Source: Candidatus Saccharimonadales bacterium (GTDB lineage: Bacteria > Patescibacteriota > Saccharimonadia > UBA4664 > DATIHN01). Taken from it: a stretch of 64,000 nucleotides of DNA. The DNA lies in assembly GCA_035480635.1 (NCBI GenBank), contig DATIHN010000016.1, positions 76,017 through 140,016 of the forward strand, read 5' to 3'. Below are positions 9,208 through 17,775 of this stretch, in pieces. Position 1 is the stretch's first letter. Each line of letters begins with the position of its first letter. A program made the position numbers and the translations under genes. A model generated the notes under the pieces. That model was not told the origin of the DNA, searched no databases, and was given only the letters and a program-made list of their open reading frames with translations.

Positions 9208-10526
9208 ACTCCAGTACAGCTACTTGGCAGCTGCTCCCCGTTTTGGGCCTTGGTAAGCCAAGCCAGAGTGTCTTTATAGCTTTTTACCATAATGCTGTAA
9301 TGACTGGCATCGGGATAGGTTTGGATTTTGGCTGGCCCCGAACCGGCTCGACAAAGTAACGATAGGGCGTTGGTCTGCTGGTCGGGCAGGATAATATTAT
9401 CTTTTTGGCCCTGATTAATTAGTTTGGGCGTGGCCGTAGGTCCCGACCAGGACCGATTGGCCACCAAATCAGCCGCCAAATCGGGATAACTCGATGCTAG
9501 CGTAGAGGTTTTCAAAGCCGTTAAAAATTCCGGGGTGTAGACTTCTTCGGCTTTAGGCCAATATTTGACACTGTTGATGCAGTGTCCTAAGACGTCAGTT
9601 TTTAGAGTCGGGATCCACTTGGCTTGCAATATCGTATTAAGCGGAAAAGTCTGGTCGTAATAATCACTGTAGCTAACTAAAACATAGGGACCGAACCAAA
9701 CAATGTTTGCACCTCTGGCGATATCAGCCAAAGTTGTCGTAACATCGCTAACTGGCGCAAACGCCACCAGGCCTTTGATCTTTAGGTCTGGAGCATAAGA
9801 CGGTGCGATCTTATCAGCCCAAGCCACAGCCTGCCCACCCTGGGAATACCCAGCCAAGAACAGCCGGTTGCGGTCCAAATTTTTATAATCTCCCAGGTTG
9901 AAGGTTGCCCGAGCCGCATCCAAGACAGCTCGGCCCTCTAGTTCGCCCACCATGTAATGATGCAGCCGCGAACTATCGCGCATGCCTTCATAATCAGTAA
10001 TCACTACGGCATAGCCTTGGCCGGCATAAGCCGCCGCATGTGATTCATAGTTAGCCCAATTCGCTAAAGCTGGCACCTCTAGGCTGGCGGCGCATTCGTC
10101 GCCAATGCCGGTAGTTCCGGGTCCGAATGAGATTAGCGGGATTTTGCTAGATGTGTTGGTCCTTGGTAAATAGACCCGGGCGTAGAGGTCAATCTCCTGA
10201 CCTTGAGTATCAACACTGGTGTATTTTAGTAAGCGCTTGCTGATAGCGTTTTGAGCCGGCACGGTATCGGCACCGTAATTTTGTTTGGCCAGCGCATTCA
10301 CCTCCTCAACTGAATAATTCCGGATGACCTCCTGAGAAATTATTTTGCCGCCGGCGGGCTGATGAGAATGGCTAATTGGCAATATATCGCTAGGGGTTCT
10401 AAGAATCGAACGTTGTCCCAAGTAGACCCAGAGACCTAGTCCAATGACGATAATCAACAGTCCAGACAGCCAGTACTGGCGCTTGATGCGATTTCTGATT
10501 GATTTGAAAGTTATTTTTTTGCCCAT
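9204..10526 (-). CDS. membrane-anchored secreted alpha/beta hydrolase (secretory lipase-like)
   Basis: N-terminal TM/signal anchor. GYSQGG nucleophile elbow (LAGYSQGGQAVAWA). 440 aa. Confidence 0.6.
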   Translation of the reverse strand: MGKKITFKSIRNRIKRQYWLSGLLIIVIGLGLWVYLGQRSILRTPSDILPISHSHQPAGGKIISQEVIRNYSVEEVNALAKQNYGADTVPAQNAISKRLLKYTSVDTQGQEIDLYARVYLPRTNTSSKIPLISFGPGTTGIGDECAASLEVPALANWANYESHAAAYAGQGYAVVITDYEGMRDSSRLHHYMVGELEGRAVLDAARATFNLGDYKNLDRNRLFLAGYSQGGQAVAWADKIAPSYAPDLKIKGLVAFAPVSDVTTTLADIARGANIVWFGPYVLVSYSDYYDQTFPLNTILQAKWIPTLKTDVLGHCINSVKYWPKAEEVYTPEFLTALKTSTLASSYPDLAADLVANRSWSGPTATPKLINQGQKDNIILPDQQTNALSLLCRAGSGPAKIQTYPDASHYSIMVKSYKDTLAWLTKAQNGEQLPSSCTGV

Positions 10527-11011
10527 TGGTAACTCATTATTTTCATATCAACCCCATAGAGTTTATCGGTGCCTTCGAGTTTGAATCCATACTTGCGGTA
10601 ATAATCTTCATAATTGTGAGTTACCAAACTGATTCGCTCCATGCCTCGACTGCGCACAACCTCGACGAAACTATCCAGCAATTTAGTCCCGAGTTTGGCC
10701 CCACGCGCGTCTGGCCGAACGTAGAGCCAGTAGATTTTGGCGCTGGCATTACCGTTGGTAACGCCAATAATGTAGCCGACCAGTTCCCCGTTACGCCAAG
10801 CTCCCAGTAAGATTCGTGATGGTCTAAAAGCCGCTACCAGCAAACGGATCAGACTATTTTCGCGCAAGACCTGAGCTCGATAGGGTCCCGGAAAGTAGCT
10901 AAAGTCGCTCGCCACCGCCGATTGGAACAGGCGATGGAGCTGGCTAACCTGCCCAGGATTAATGCTTGCGATATGCGTATCTGTTTTCACCCTAAGCATT
11001 AGTGTGATCAA
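10511..11011 (-). CDS. GNAT family N-acetyltransferase
   Basis: 166-aa ORF. Acetyl-CoA-binding motif region ARGAKLGTKLL (Q/RxxGxG/A-like). Confidence 0.65.
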   Translation of the reverse strand: MITLMLRVKTDTHIASINPGQVSQLHRLFQSAVASDFSYFPGPYRAQVLRENSLIRLLVAAFRPSRILLGAWRNGELVGYIIGVTNGNASAKIYWLYVRPDARGAKLGTKLLDSFVEVVRSRGMERISLVTHNYEDYYRKYGFKLEGTDKLYGVDMKIMSYQWAKK

Positions 11012-11081
11012 AAAACTGATCTAATGCAACTAGGTTAAGGACGATAATTGCCTTTTGGCGCGGATTCGACTAGTGATCATT

Positions 11082-11157
<76 letters not shown>

Positions 11158-11266
11158 GTGTCCAAAATGTTACATTAACAGGTTTACCTAATTTGTTCAA
11201 ATAATCAACTTGACTTATTGAACCAAAACTCTTACCCTTTAATAAAGTTTAGGCTTCGAGCCAACT

Positions 11267-12994
11267 ATGCCAGCTTCAAGAACAAAAACCTCACACAAAA
11301 AAAGTCGATCGACCGCAAAAAAACAGTCTAATGCGGGCAAAGGTTATATTACGATCAAAGGTTTTGCACCGTTCAAAAAGCGCCGGGTTGGAATTTTTGC
11401 CGCCCTGTTTGCAGTTTTTGGCTTAGCCTGGCTGATTTTGGCTCATGCCATTGCCTCATTTAGTCTCGTCGGCACCCACCCCCAGGCCGCCCTGCAACCA
11501 ACTGCCACCGGTCAGACTATCCAGACCCTCAAGGCCTGGAACGGTAAACTCTATGCTGGTTATGGTGATTGGGCCCAGAATACCGGCCCCATCGACATCA
11601 ACCCGCTTGATCTGACTAGTAAGACTTTTGCCACCCAACCCCTACTAAGTGCCAATACTGATGCCATCATTTTATTCCGCAGCCTGAATGGCAAACTGTA
11701 TGCGCCCTCAACCGATCCGCGCAAAGATAAAACGACCGGACAAGAAGCCGATTTTGCCCTCGGCGATACCAGCACTGGCGTTGAAACTTGGACCAATCAC
11801 GTCAACCAAGCCGGCATGACTCATGTTTTCGACATGACGTCCTTTGGCGGCAATCTGTGGATGGCAGGCTCAAAAGGTTATAATGCCGTCGTTTACCGCA
11901 GCAGTGATGGCGGCGCCACCTGGACTCAATCCCTTAGTGAGCCCTCGCAAACCAGTTGCGGTATCGTTGCCGCTCGATATTACTTTATGGTCGTCTATAA
12001 TAATAAACTGTGGGTCCAGGCTGGGGATTTGGGCTGTAGTGTTCATCCCAATTCTATGGTCTTTGATGGCACTAGTTGGTCCAGTGGACCAGCCATTACC
12101 ACATCGCGCTCGGCCTATAATGCCAATACGTTTGCTGGTAAGGTCGTGATCCAAGATTGGCAATCGGTTTCGGCCAGCGCCCTGCGGACATTCAATGGCA
12201 CGACCAACTCGACGGTTCTGAGTTCTGTTTTTAACTACACTATCGCAAGCGATGGTTATTTATATGCTCTACAATCGAATGGCAATGTTAGTAAAAGTCT
12301 AGATTTAACCAATTGGACGGTGGTTGCCACTGCGCCAACCACCGCCCGAAGTATCGAAGTTATGAACGGTATTATCTATGTCGGTACAACTGATTCTAAA
12401 ATTTACGCGGCCGATACCGCCAGCCAGTCCGACACTACCGCCCCATCTGTCTCAATTAGTCAGCCATTGGCCGGCGCAAGTGTCAGCGGCACAACGACGC
12501 TCGCGGCTATAGCGAGCGATAATGTTGGGGTAACCAAGGTTGAATTCTACGTCAATGGGACTTTGGTTGGCAGCGACACCTCATCGCCCTATAATGCAAG
12601 CTGGAATACCGCTGGCTACGCCAATGGATCATATTCAATTTCGGCCATCGCCTATGACGCCGCCGGTAATACAAGGGTCTCTGTGGCTGTAGGAGTCACT
12701 GTCAACAACCTGGTAGTAACTGATACCACTCCGCCAGTTGTTACTATTACCAAGCCCACCGATGGTACCGTCGTCCACCGCAAAGTCTCGATAACTGTAA
12801 CTGCCACCGACAACGTCCAAGTTGCCCGGATCGAAGTCTACGGTGATTCAACCCTGTTAGGGACGGTCTACAATGCTTCGGCTACCATAAATTGGGATAC
12901 GCACGCCTTGGCCAGTGGTCCCCATAGCGTTACGGCCAGAGCTTACGATGCTGCCGGCAATTCTACCTCGACCAGTATCAACGTAATTAAATGA
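11267..12994 (+). CDS. large surface protein: N-terminal signal anchor, beta-propeller/BNR-like middle region and two C-terminal Ig-like (Big) repeats
   Basis: Lys-rich n-region plus TM. Two ~90-aa internal repeats (…SVSGTTTLAAIASDNVGVTKVEFYVNGTLVG… / …TVVHRKVSITVTATDNVQVARIEVYGDSTLLG…) typical of Ig-like domains. Confidence 0.6.
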   Translation: MPASRTKTSHKKSRSTAKKQSNAGKGYITIKGFAPFKKRRVGIFAALFAVFGLAWLILAHAIASFSLVGTHPQAALQPTATGQTIQTLKAWNGKLYAGYGDWAQNTGPIDINPLDLTSKTFATQPLLSANTDAIILFRSLNGKLYAPSTDPRKDKTTGQEADFALGDTSTGVETWTNHVNQAGMTHVFDMTSFGGNLWMAGSKGYNAVVYRSSDGGATWTQSLSEPSQTSCGIVAARYYFMVVYNNKLWVQAGDLGCSVHPNSMVFDGTSWSSGPAITTSRSAYNANTFAGKVVIQDWQSVSASALRTFNGTTNSTVLSSVFNYTIASDGYLYALQSNGNVSKSLDLTNWTVVATAPTTARSIEVMNGIIYVGTTDSKIYAADTASQSDTTAPSVSISQPLAGASVSGTTTLAAIASDNVGVTKVEFYVNGTLVGSDTSSPYNASWNTAGYANGSYSISAIAYDAAGNTRVSVAVGVTVNNLVVTDTTPPVVTITKPTDGTVVHRKVSITVTATDNVQVARIEVYGDSTLLGTVYNASATINWDTHALASGPHSVTARAYDAAGNSTSTSINVIK

Positions 12995-13013
12995 CTTCAG
13001 TTTAGTTGGATTG

Positions 13014-13181
13014 TTAAATAATTTTGAAGATTTTCAGGATCAAATAGCCTAATCCGCTAAGGATTGAGAGGCCGAGCAGCCACGCTACGAAAAAACCAAA
13101 ACCAAAGCGAAAGCCGTCGCTAAATCCAAAACCGTTTGGTGGCACGATATCGGTATTAGCACCAAGTAAATTCTTTTTCAT
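13014..13181 (-). CDS. small Gly/Phe-rich membrane peptide (hypothetical)
   Basis: 55 aa from M17 of a 71-aa ORF. GFGFxDGFRFGFGFF tract followed by a TM helix. Lies between the surface-protein and sortase genes. Confidence 0.3.
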   Translation of the reverse strand: MKKNLLGANTDIVPPNGFGFSDGFRFGFGFFVAWLLGLSILSGLGYLILKIFKII

Positions 13182-13203
13182 TGCTTGAATTGTACCATAA
13201 CCA

Positions 13204-13980
13204 TTAAGGTTGAGGCTTAGCAATAACAACTATCCGTTCAGTCTGACGTTTGTCGTAGCAGGTGTAGATCGTTAGCTGGCTATCGCTAGTTGGGTTTAAT
13301 ATGGCCGTATCGTTTTGGTTGATGCGTTTAGTTTCACTAACGCTATAGGCGAGGCGAGTGCCGTACCAATCAACATAGATGGTATCGCCAACCGCAACCT
13401 CGCCTAAGTTATACAGCGTCGAAGTATTTGGGGGCAGATATTTAAAACGGTGACCAGATAGCACCAAGTTGTCGCCAGCAATTTGACCACGTTGATGCCA
13501 GACTCCTTCGTGTTTTTTCAACACGTCCAGCGAGGCCCCCTCTAAGATAGTCGTATCAACCCCAATCTTGGGAATAATAACTCGATTATGGTTAGAGTCT
13601 GGAGCAGCAATGGCTTGGGTATCGCCAAAGCTGCCAATTTGTTTTTGAACCTGAAATTTAACACTAGGATAGAGTGGGTAGAGCACCAAAAAAACCCCGG
13701 CGATTAACAAGGCCGACAGAGTTGGCACAGCGATACCACGCTTCAAAGTCGGAACTAATTTGCGCCAATGGCTGGGTTTAGGTGCTGACTCAAAGCGAGC
13801 CGGACTGAAAGTAAAGAATCCCGAGGGCGCCGGATCGTCCCAATGTTTCGGCTGGCGATAGGCGATCTTTTGGGCATCGTCTATCTTATAGACCCATCGC
13901 CTAGTTATCAGTGTCCGGTTAGGTCTAAAGTTGGCGGGCTCTGGGATCAGCCGGCCGAGCTTATACTTGGTCGCGGCCAA
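13204..13980 (-). CDS. sortase (transpeptidase), likely class E
   Basis: N-terminal TM anchor. Catalytic His in LSGHRF and catalytic Cys in the TLxTC-like motif QLTIYTCY. Conserved Arg downstream. Confidence 0.75.
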   Translation of the reverse strand: MAATKYKLGRLIPEPANFRPNRTLITRRWVYKIDDAQKIAYRQPKHWDDPAPSGFFTFSPARFESAPKPSHWRKLVPTLKRGIAVPTLSALLIAGVFLVLYPLYPSVKFQVQKQIGSFGDTQAIAAPDSNHNRVIIPKIGVDTTILEGASLDVLKKHEGVWHQRGQIAGDNLVLSGHRFKYLPPNTSTLYNLGEVAVGDTIYVDWYGTRLAYSVSETKRINQNDTAILNPTSDSQLTIYTCYDKRQTERIVVIAKPQP

Positions 13981-15148
13981 TTTTGGTGACCAAGATTAGG
14001 CCAGTTGTTGCCCCAATCGCTAGCACCAACCCAAGCAAGGTTAAGATAGCGGTATTATCACCGGTTGGAGCAATTTGAGTGGTGGCTGGAGCGGCGGTGG
14101 CAGTATTGACGCTGATGGTGAAGGTCGAAGCCGTGCGATTCCCAGCCCCGTCAGCCACAGTGATAGTTACGGTGTGATCACCATTGGCCAGATCTTGGCT
14201 AATGCCGATGGTCCATTTACCGCTGGCATCAACGGTGGCGGTCCCGGTCTGGTTATCGGGAGCAATTGCTACTGAAACGGTAGCACCGACCTCAGCTGTA
14301 CCGGCGATGGTCGGGTGATTGTCTGTGGTCGAAAGGCTGGTTGCGCCTTTGGCAACGGTTTTTGACCCGACAGTTGTGATTTGGGCTGCCACTGGGGCGG
14401 TACTATCAATCATGAAATCAGCGACTGTTTCAGCGTTAGCGCCATAGGCCACCCAATCACTGGTGCTATCGCCCACGGCAAAGCGGGCCTGCCAATGGTA
14501 CGAACCGTCATGCAAATCAGTTACCGCCACCTTGGCTGCAATATTACCGCCGGTAGCAGTCAGGCTGCTGCCCTTATAGTTGGGCTGCCCGGTGAAGGCA
14601 GTTCCGACTGGTTGGACCTCAACTTGCGGCTCAACGCTACCACTGTTGGCCGAGGTCGTCATCGTAAAATCAAGTTCGAGTGGGTTTTTGGTCAGAGCAC
14701 CAGTAGCTAAAGTTTGAGTGCTAGCATCTTTTTGGGCTAAATCAGTTGGTGCCACTGCAGTGACCGGCACAGTTTGAGCTGGTTGTTGGCTGGTTTGATT
14801 GTGGGATGGCCGATAACTCTTGAAGTACCAATAGGTCCCACCACCGGCCAACAGCAGTACCAGTAGAATTATTAAACCAATGATGATTGGTCGATTATTG
14901 TGAGGTGATTTTGGAGCCGGCGGAGCCCCTGGTGGCGGAGGTGGTGTTGGTGGTACCGGCACTTCAGGTGGGGGAAGCGGCGATTGATCCTTTTTACTGG
15001 CCGGTTTTGTTGGCGCCGCCACCGCTGGTTGCACGATGGTTCCAGGATGTAAAAAGTCTACCCGAGTACTAGCATGAGACTCGTCCTCGTCCTTGAGGTG
15101 CTCGAGTAGGGGATTAACTTTTGGAGTTGTTTGAGTCGTTGGCTCCAC
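13961..15148 (-). CDS. sortase-substrate surface protein (Pro-rich region, Ig-like domain, C-terminal sorting signal)
   Basis: C-terminus QIAPTGDNTAILTLLGLVLAIGATTGLILVTKIGRDQV has an LAxTG-like IAPTG motif, a hydrophobic stretch and a basic tail. It overlaps the sortase gene by 20 nt. Confidence 0.7.
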   Translation of the reverse strand: MEPTTQTTPKVNPLLEHLKDEDESHASTRVDFLHPGTIVQPAVAAPTKPASKKDQSPLPPPEVPVPPTPPPPPGAPPAPKSPHNNRPIIIGLIILLVLLLAGGGTYWYFKSYRPSHNQTSQQPAQTVPVTAVAPTDLAQKDASTQTLATGALTKNPLELDFTMTTSANSGSVEPQVEVQPVGTAFTGQPNYKGSSLTATGGNIAAKVAVTDLHDGSYHWQARFAVGDSTSDWVAYGANAETVADFMIDSTAPVAAQITTVGSKTVAKGATSLSTTDNHPTIAGTAEVGATVSVAIAPDNQTGTATVDASGKWTIGISQDLANGDHTVTITVADGAGNRTASTFTISVNTATAAPATTQIAPTGDNTAILTLLGLVLAIGATTGLILVTKIGRDQV

Positions 15149-15221
15149 ACTTCGCCTCTCACTTAAGCAATATCATACTACTTAAGCTTGGGGTGGTGCA
15201 ATCTTTTCAAACTGATAATGT

Positions 15222-15527
15222 TTAGTAATTCGAGACGTCTTGATTCGATGCTGCTGGTTGCAGGTTGGGTTGGCCGGACTGATCTACGCCTTGGTTATTA
15301 GTGCTCGGATTAGATGTCTGTTGGGGGCTGGTGGTTGTGCTCTCAGATCCGTTGGTCGGTGCGACTTGAATATCCGGTTGAGTCGATGTGGATGCAGTTG
15401 ACTCGGTTTGGTCGGGATGGATTTGATTAGAAACAATTTGGCTAGTGCCAAAGATAACTAGGACACTCAATCCGGCTAGTAAAAATATGGTGAAAGTTTT
15501 TTTATCGATCAGTAATTGATTAGACAT
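15222..15527 (-). CDS. small secreted/anchored Ser/Thr/Gln-rich protein
   Basis: Start trimmed to the second Met (MSNQLLIDKKTF...) because the annotated upstream Met overlaps tRNA-Ala(CGC). TM helix followed by a low-complexity tail. Confidence 0.4.
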   Translation of the reverse strand: MSNQLLIDKKTFTIFLLAGLSVLVIFGTSQIVSNQIHPDQTESTASTSTQPDIQVAPTNGSESTTTSPQQTSNPSTNNQGVDQSGQPNLQPAASNQDVSNY

Positions 15528-15536
15528 AGTTTTCCT

Positions 15537-15612
15537 TGGTGGAGCCGGGGAGACTCGAACTCCCTGCCTCAGCAATGCGAATGCTGCGCTCTACCGGGTG
15601 AGCTACGGCCCC
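15537..15612 (-). tRNA. tRNA-Ala (anticodon CGC)
   Basis: Reverse complement GGGGCCGTAGCTCACCCGGTAGAGCGCAGCATTCGCATTGCTGAGGCAGGGAGTTCGAGTCTCCCCGGCTCCACCA. G3:U70 pair, anticodon loop UUCGCAU, encoded CCA. Confidence 0.9.
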
Positions 15613-15699
15613 GTGCCGCTGCCGGTACCTTAAAGGCCTAGACCGCTTGTAGCTTAACTGAGATTGGCTGGTTTGGCCAGTTTTTTGTTCGAGCAGCCT

Positions 15700-16953
15700 C
15701 TACCAAATGAGGTCTTTACCGGCAACTTCTACCCGATCGCCCGCCTTAAGTCCCTTCTGCTCTAACTTTTTAACAATGCCCAATTTAGTTAAAATATCTC
15801 GCAAACGGGCTAGGCTGTCAGGGTTGGCAAAATCAGTCCGTTTGGCAAAACGCTCTGGTTTTTGGCCACTGATGCGCCAACCGCTATCAAGTTTTTCAAT
15901 TTCCCAAGCCGCTTCAGGTAGTTTGGTGTTGGATAGATCATAGACGAAAGGCGTCTCGGATTCTGGTTGGCTGCGGTGTTGGCGCAAAATTTCGGCCACA
16001 GCTCTTAGTAACTCGGCAAGACCCTTGTGAGCCGGAGCAGAAATGGCATAAACGGGTCTTTTAGTGGCTTTTTTGAGTTGAGCAACGATCAGTTTTACCT
16101 TAGCTGGCTCAAGACCATCGATTTTAGTGAGGACCACGATCTGCTCTTTATTTATTAAGTCATGGCCGTAACTTTTGAGTTCTTGTTGAATCAGGCGGTA
16201 ATTAGTCACCACGTCCTGACTATGAGCATCAATCAAATGCAGCAAGATGCTAGTGCGTTCAATATGGCGCAGGAACTCATCGCCCAAGCCTTTACCTAAA
16301 CTAGCGCCCTCGATTAACCCCGGGATGTCGGCGGCCACGAAGCTGTCGTCATCGATTGCTACCACCCCAAGGTTCGGCACTAGGGTGGTAAATGCGTAGT
16401 CGGCAATTTCCGGCCGAGCATTAGAAATGACTGATAACAGGGTCGATTTACCAGCGTTGGGTAATCCAATCAGGCCAACATCGGCCACCAGCTTTAGTTC
16501 CAACCGCAGCTGCATTTCCTCACCGGCCTCGCCCAATTCGGCCACCCGAGGTGATTGGCGGGTTGAAGACACAAAATGAGCGTTACCAAAGCCACCGCGG
16601 CCGCCTTGGGCCATAACTTGGCTTTGGCCATCTTCGGCTAGATCGGCGATTTGTTTATCGCCCACATAAACCATGGTGCCAACGGGTACTTTGATGGTTA
16701 TGTCCTCGGCCGATTTGCCATGAGCCTTGTTTTTGCCACCCATTTCGCCGTCGCTAGCAGCGAGAGACTTGTGGTTACGAAAACTGGCTAGGGTATTTAG
16801 GTTGTGATCGACTAGAAAAATAATATCGCCGCCATGGCCGCCATCACCACCGTCGGGGCCACCTTTGGCCCGATATTTTTCGTGCAAAAAGCTGGTCCGG
16901 CCATCGCCGCCTTTGCCAGCTTTAACTTTTATTTCGACATTATCTGCAAACAT
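15700..16953 (-). CDS. obg: GTPase Obg
   Basis: N-terminal Obg fold MFADNVEIKVKAGKGGDGRTSFLHEKY. G-domain motifs GLPNAGKST and DIPGLIEGA. Confidence 0.92.
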   Translation of the reverse strand: MFADNVEIKVKAGKGGDGRTSFLHEKYRAKGGPDGGDGGHGGDIIFLVDHNLNTLASFRNHKSLAASDGEMGGKNKAHGKSAEDITIKVPVGTMVYVGDKQIADLAEDGQSQVMAQGGRGGFGNAHFVSSTRQSPRVAELGEAGEEMQLRLELKLVADVGLIGLPNAGKSTLLSVISNARPEIADYAFTTLVPNLGVVAIDDDSFVAADIPGLIEGASLGKGLGDEFLRHIERTSILLHLIDAHSQDVVTNYRLIQQELKSYGHDLINKEQIVVLTKIDGLEPAKVKLIVAQLKKATKRPVYAISAPAHKGLAELLRAVAEILRQHRSQPESETPFVYDLSNTKLPEAAWEIEKLDSGWRISGQKPERFAKRTDFANPDSLARLRDILTKLGIVKKLEQKGLKAGDRVEVAGKDLIW

Positions 16954-16969
16954 AGTTTTATTTTACCAA

Positions 16970-17010
16970 GTTTATTAAACCGACAACCCCCGGGTCCGAA
17001 GACCCGGGGG
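16970..17010 (-). terminator. Rho-independent terminator (CCCCCGGGUC-UUCG-GACCCGGGGG followed by UUGUCGGUUU)
   Basis: Perfect GC-rich hairpin with a UUCG tetraloop and a 3' U-rich tract on the minus strand, directly upstream of the obg start. Confidence 0.7.
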
Positions 17011-17649
17011 CAACTTTCCGCCAATGCGGTCGGAGGAAACTGGCGATCAGCTCGGTCTGACCAACTCAGTCTTGCACATTCTGGTGACACAGTCGCCACG
17101 AGGCAGATGGTCACCGGAACTCCGGAGTGCTTGCTCTATGCGCCCTTGCGGGATCACCGGGGTTGACCCGGGCCGAGATACGGATTCTTGATTAGGCAGT
17201 TCCGTAGAACCTTATCGGCATGGTGGACTCGCGTCCAACCACCACCTTACTCTGGTGAGCTGACTACTTGGGTCGGTGTGGCCGTCCCAGATGGTCCCAG
17301 AGTAGTGCCAATTTCAAGTGGAGTTTCCTCCGCGAGGTAGAGCTGACGGATCCGATGGCAGGGTAGCAATCGAACCGCCTCTCGTCACGTGGGTGTCTAA
17401 TCCGCGTGAGTCAGCCAGACCTCTCTTGACGCTTGGCACTGGCCCCGTCCTTTCACTGCCCGAAGGCAAGCGACAGTTTCGGGGCACCGACGCTTCGCTC
17501 CGCTCCGCTTGGTCGACCCGGTCAGGTCTTCCTTTTGGTGGTAGCTAGCATCGGTTCGACCGGCTGTGGCCGCGCTCGAGGCACGTTCCGCAAACCAGTG
17601 CGAATTGTCAATCTGTTCTCGTCCACTCTGCATTACGAAGACCAAACAG
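16975..17649 (-). ncRNA. candidate large structured non-coding RNA (~675 nt, class unknown) with its own promoter and an intrinsic terminator
   Basis: GC-rich in an otherwise AT-rich intergenic context. No plausible ORF on either strand (the only ORFs are low-complexity R/S/A-rich). Minus-strand promoter TTGATC-17-TATATT at 17656-17684. Perfect 10-bp stem with a UUCG loop followed by a U-rich tail at 16970-17010. An 11-bp perfect long-range helix (17001-17011 pairs with 17322-17332). Internal UUCG-capped hairpins. Confidence 0.5.
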
Positions 17650-17655
17650 GACCTA

Positions 17656-17684
17656 AATATAATCCTTTCAAAAACAACGATCAA
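17656..17684 (-). promoter_or_regulatory. sigma70-like promoter (-35 TTGATC, 17-nt spacer, -10 TATATT) driving the candidate ncRNA
   Basis: Hexamers and spacing read from the minus strand just downstream of the LysM-CHAP stop and a weak terminator hairpin. Confidence 0.45.
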
Positions 17685-17775
17685 GCATAAGCAATTTGAT
17701 TTTTACAGATTAGAAACATTAAAAACCAAAATTTTCTCAAAAAAGTTATCCACAGTTTTGGATGGCCGAGATAGC

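Noticed and set aside
13014-13229. Full 71-aa version of the small GF-repeat ORF starting at MLLLSLNLNG
   Set aside because: It overlaps the sortase stop region. The internal Met gives a cleaner signal-less TM peptide. Even that is kept at low confidence.
16985-17650. Tried to read the GC-rich non-coding locus as RNase P RNA, tmRNA, SRP, 6S or a group II domain V
   Set aside because: There is no GGAAAGUCCGGGC P4 motif, and RNase-P-like blocks (AAACUCCAC…, GUAAGGUGG…) occur in the wrong order. There is no terminal tRNA-like acceptor/T-arm pair and no tag-peptide ORF. There is no domain-V consensus. It is left as an unknown-class ncRNA candidate.
17397-17684. ORF-track reading frames inside the ncRNA candidate (95-aa minus, 76/85/128-aa plus)
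   Set aside because: The translations are Arg/Ser/Ala/Cys-rich low-complexity with no start context or RBS. The region is better explained as structured RNA.
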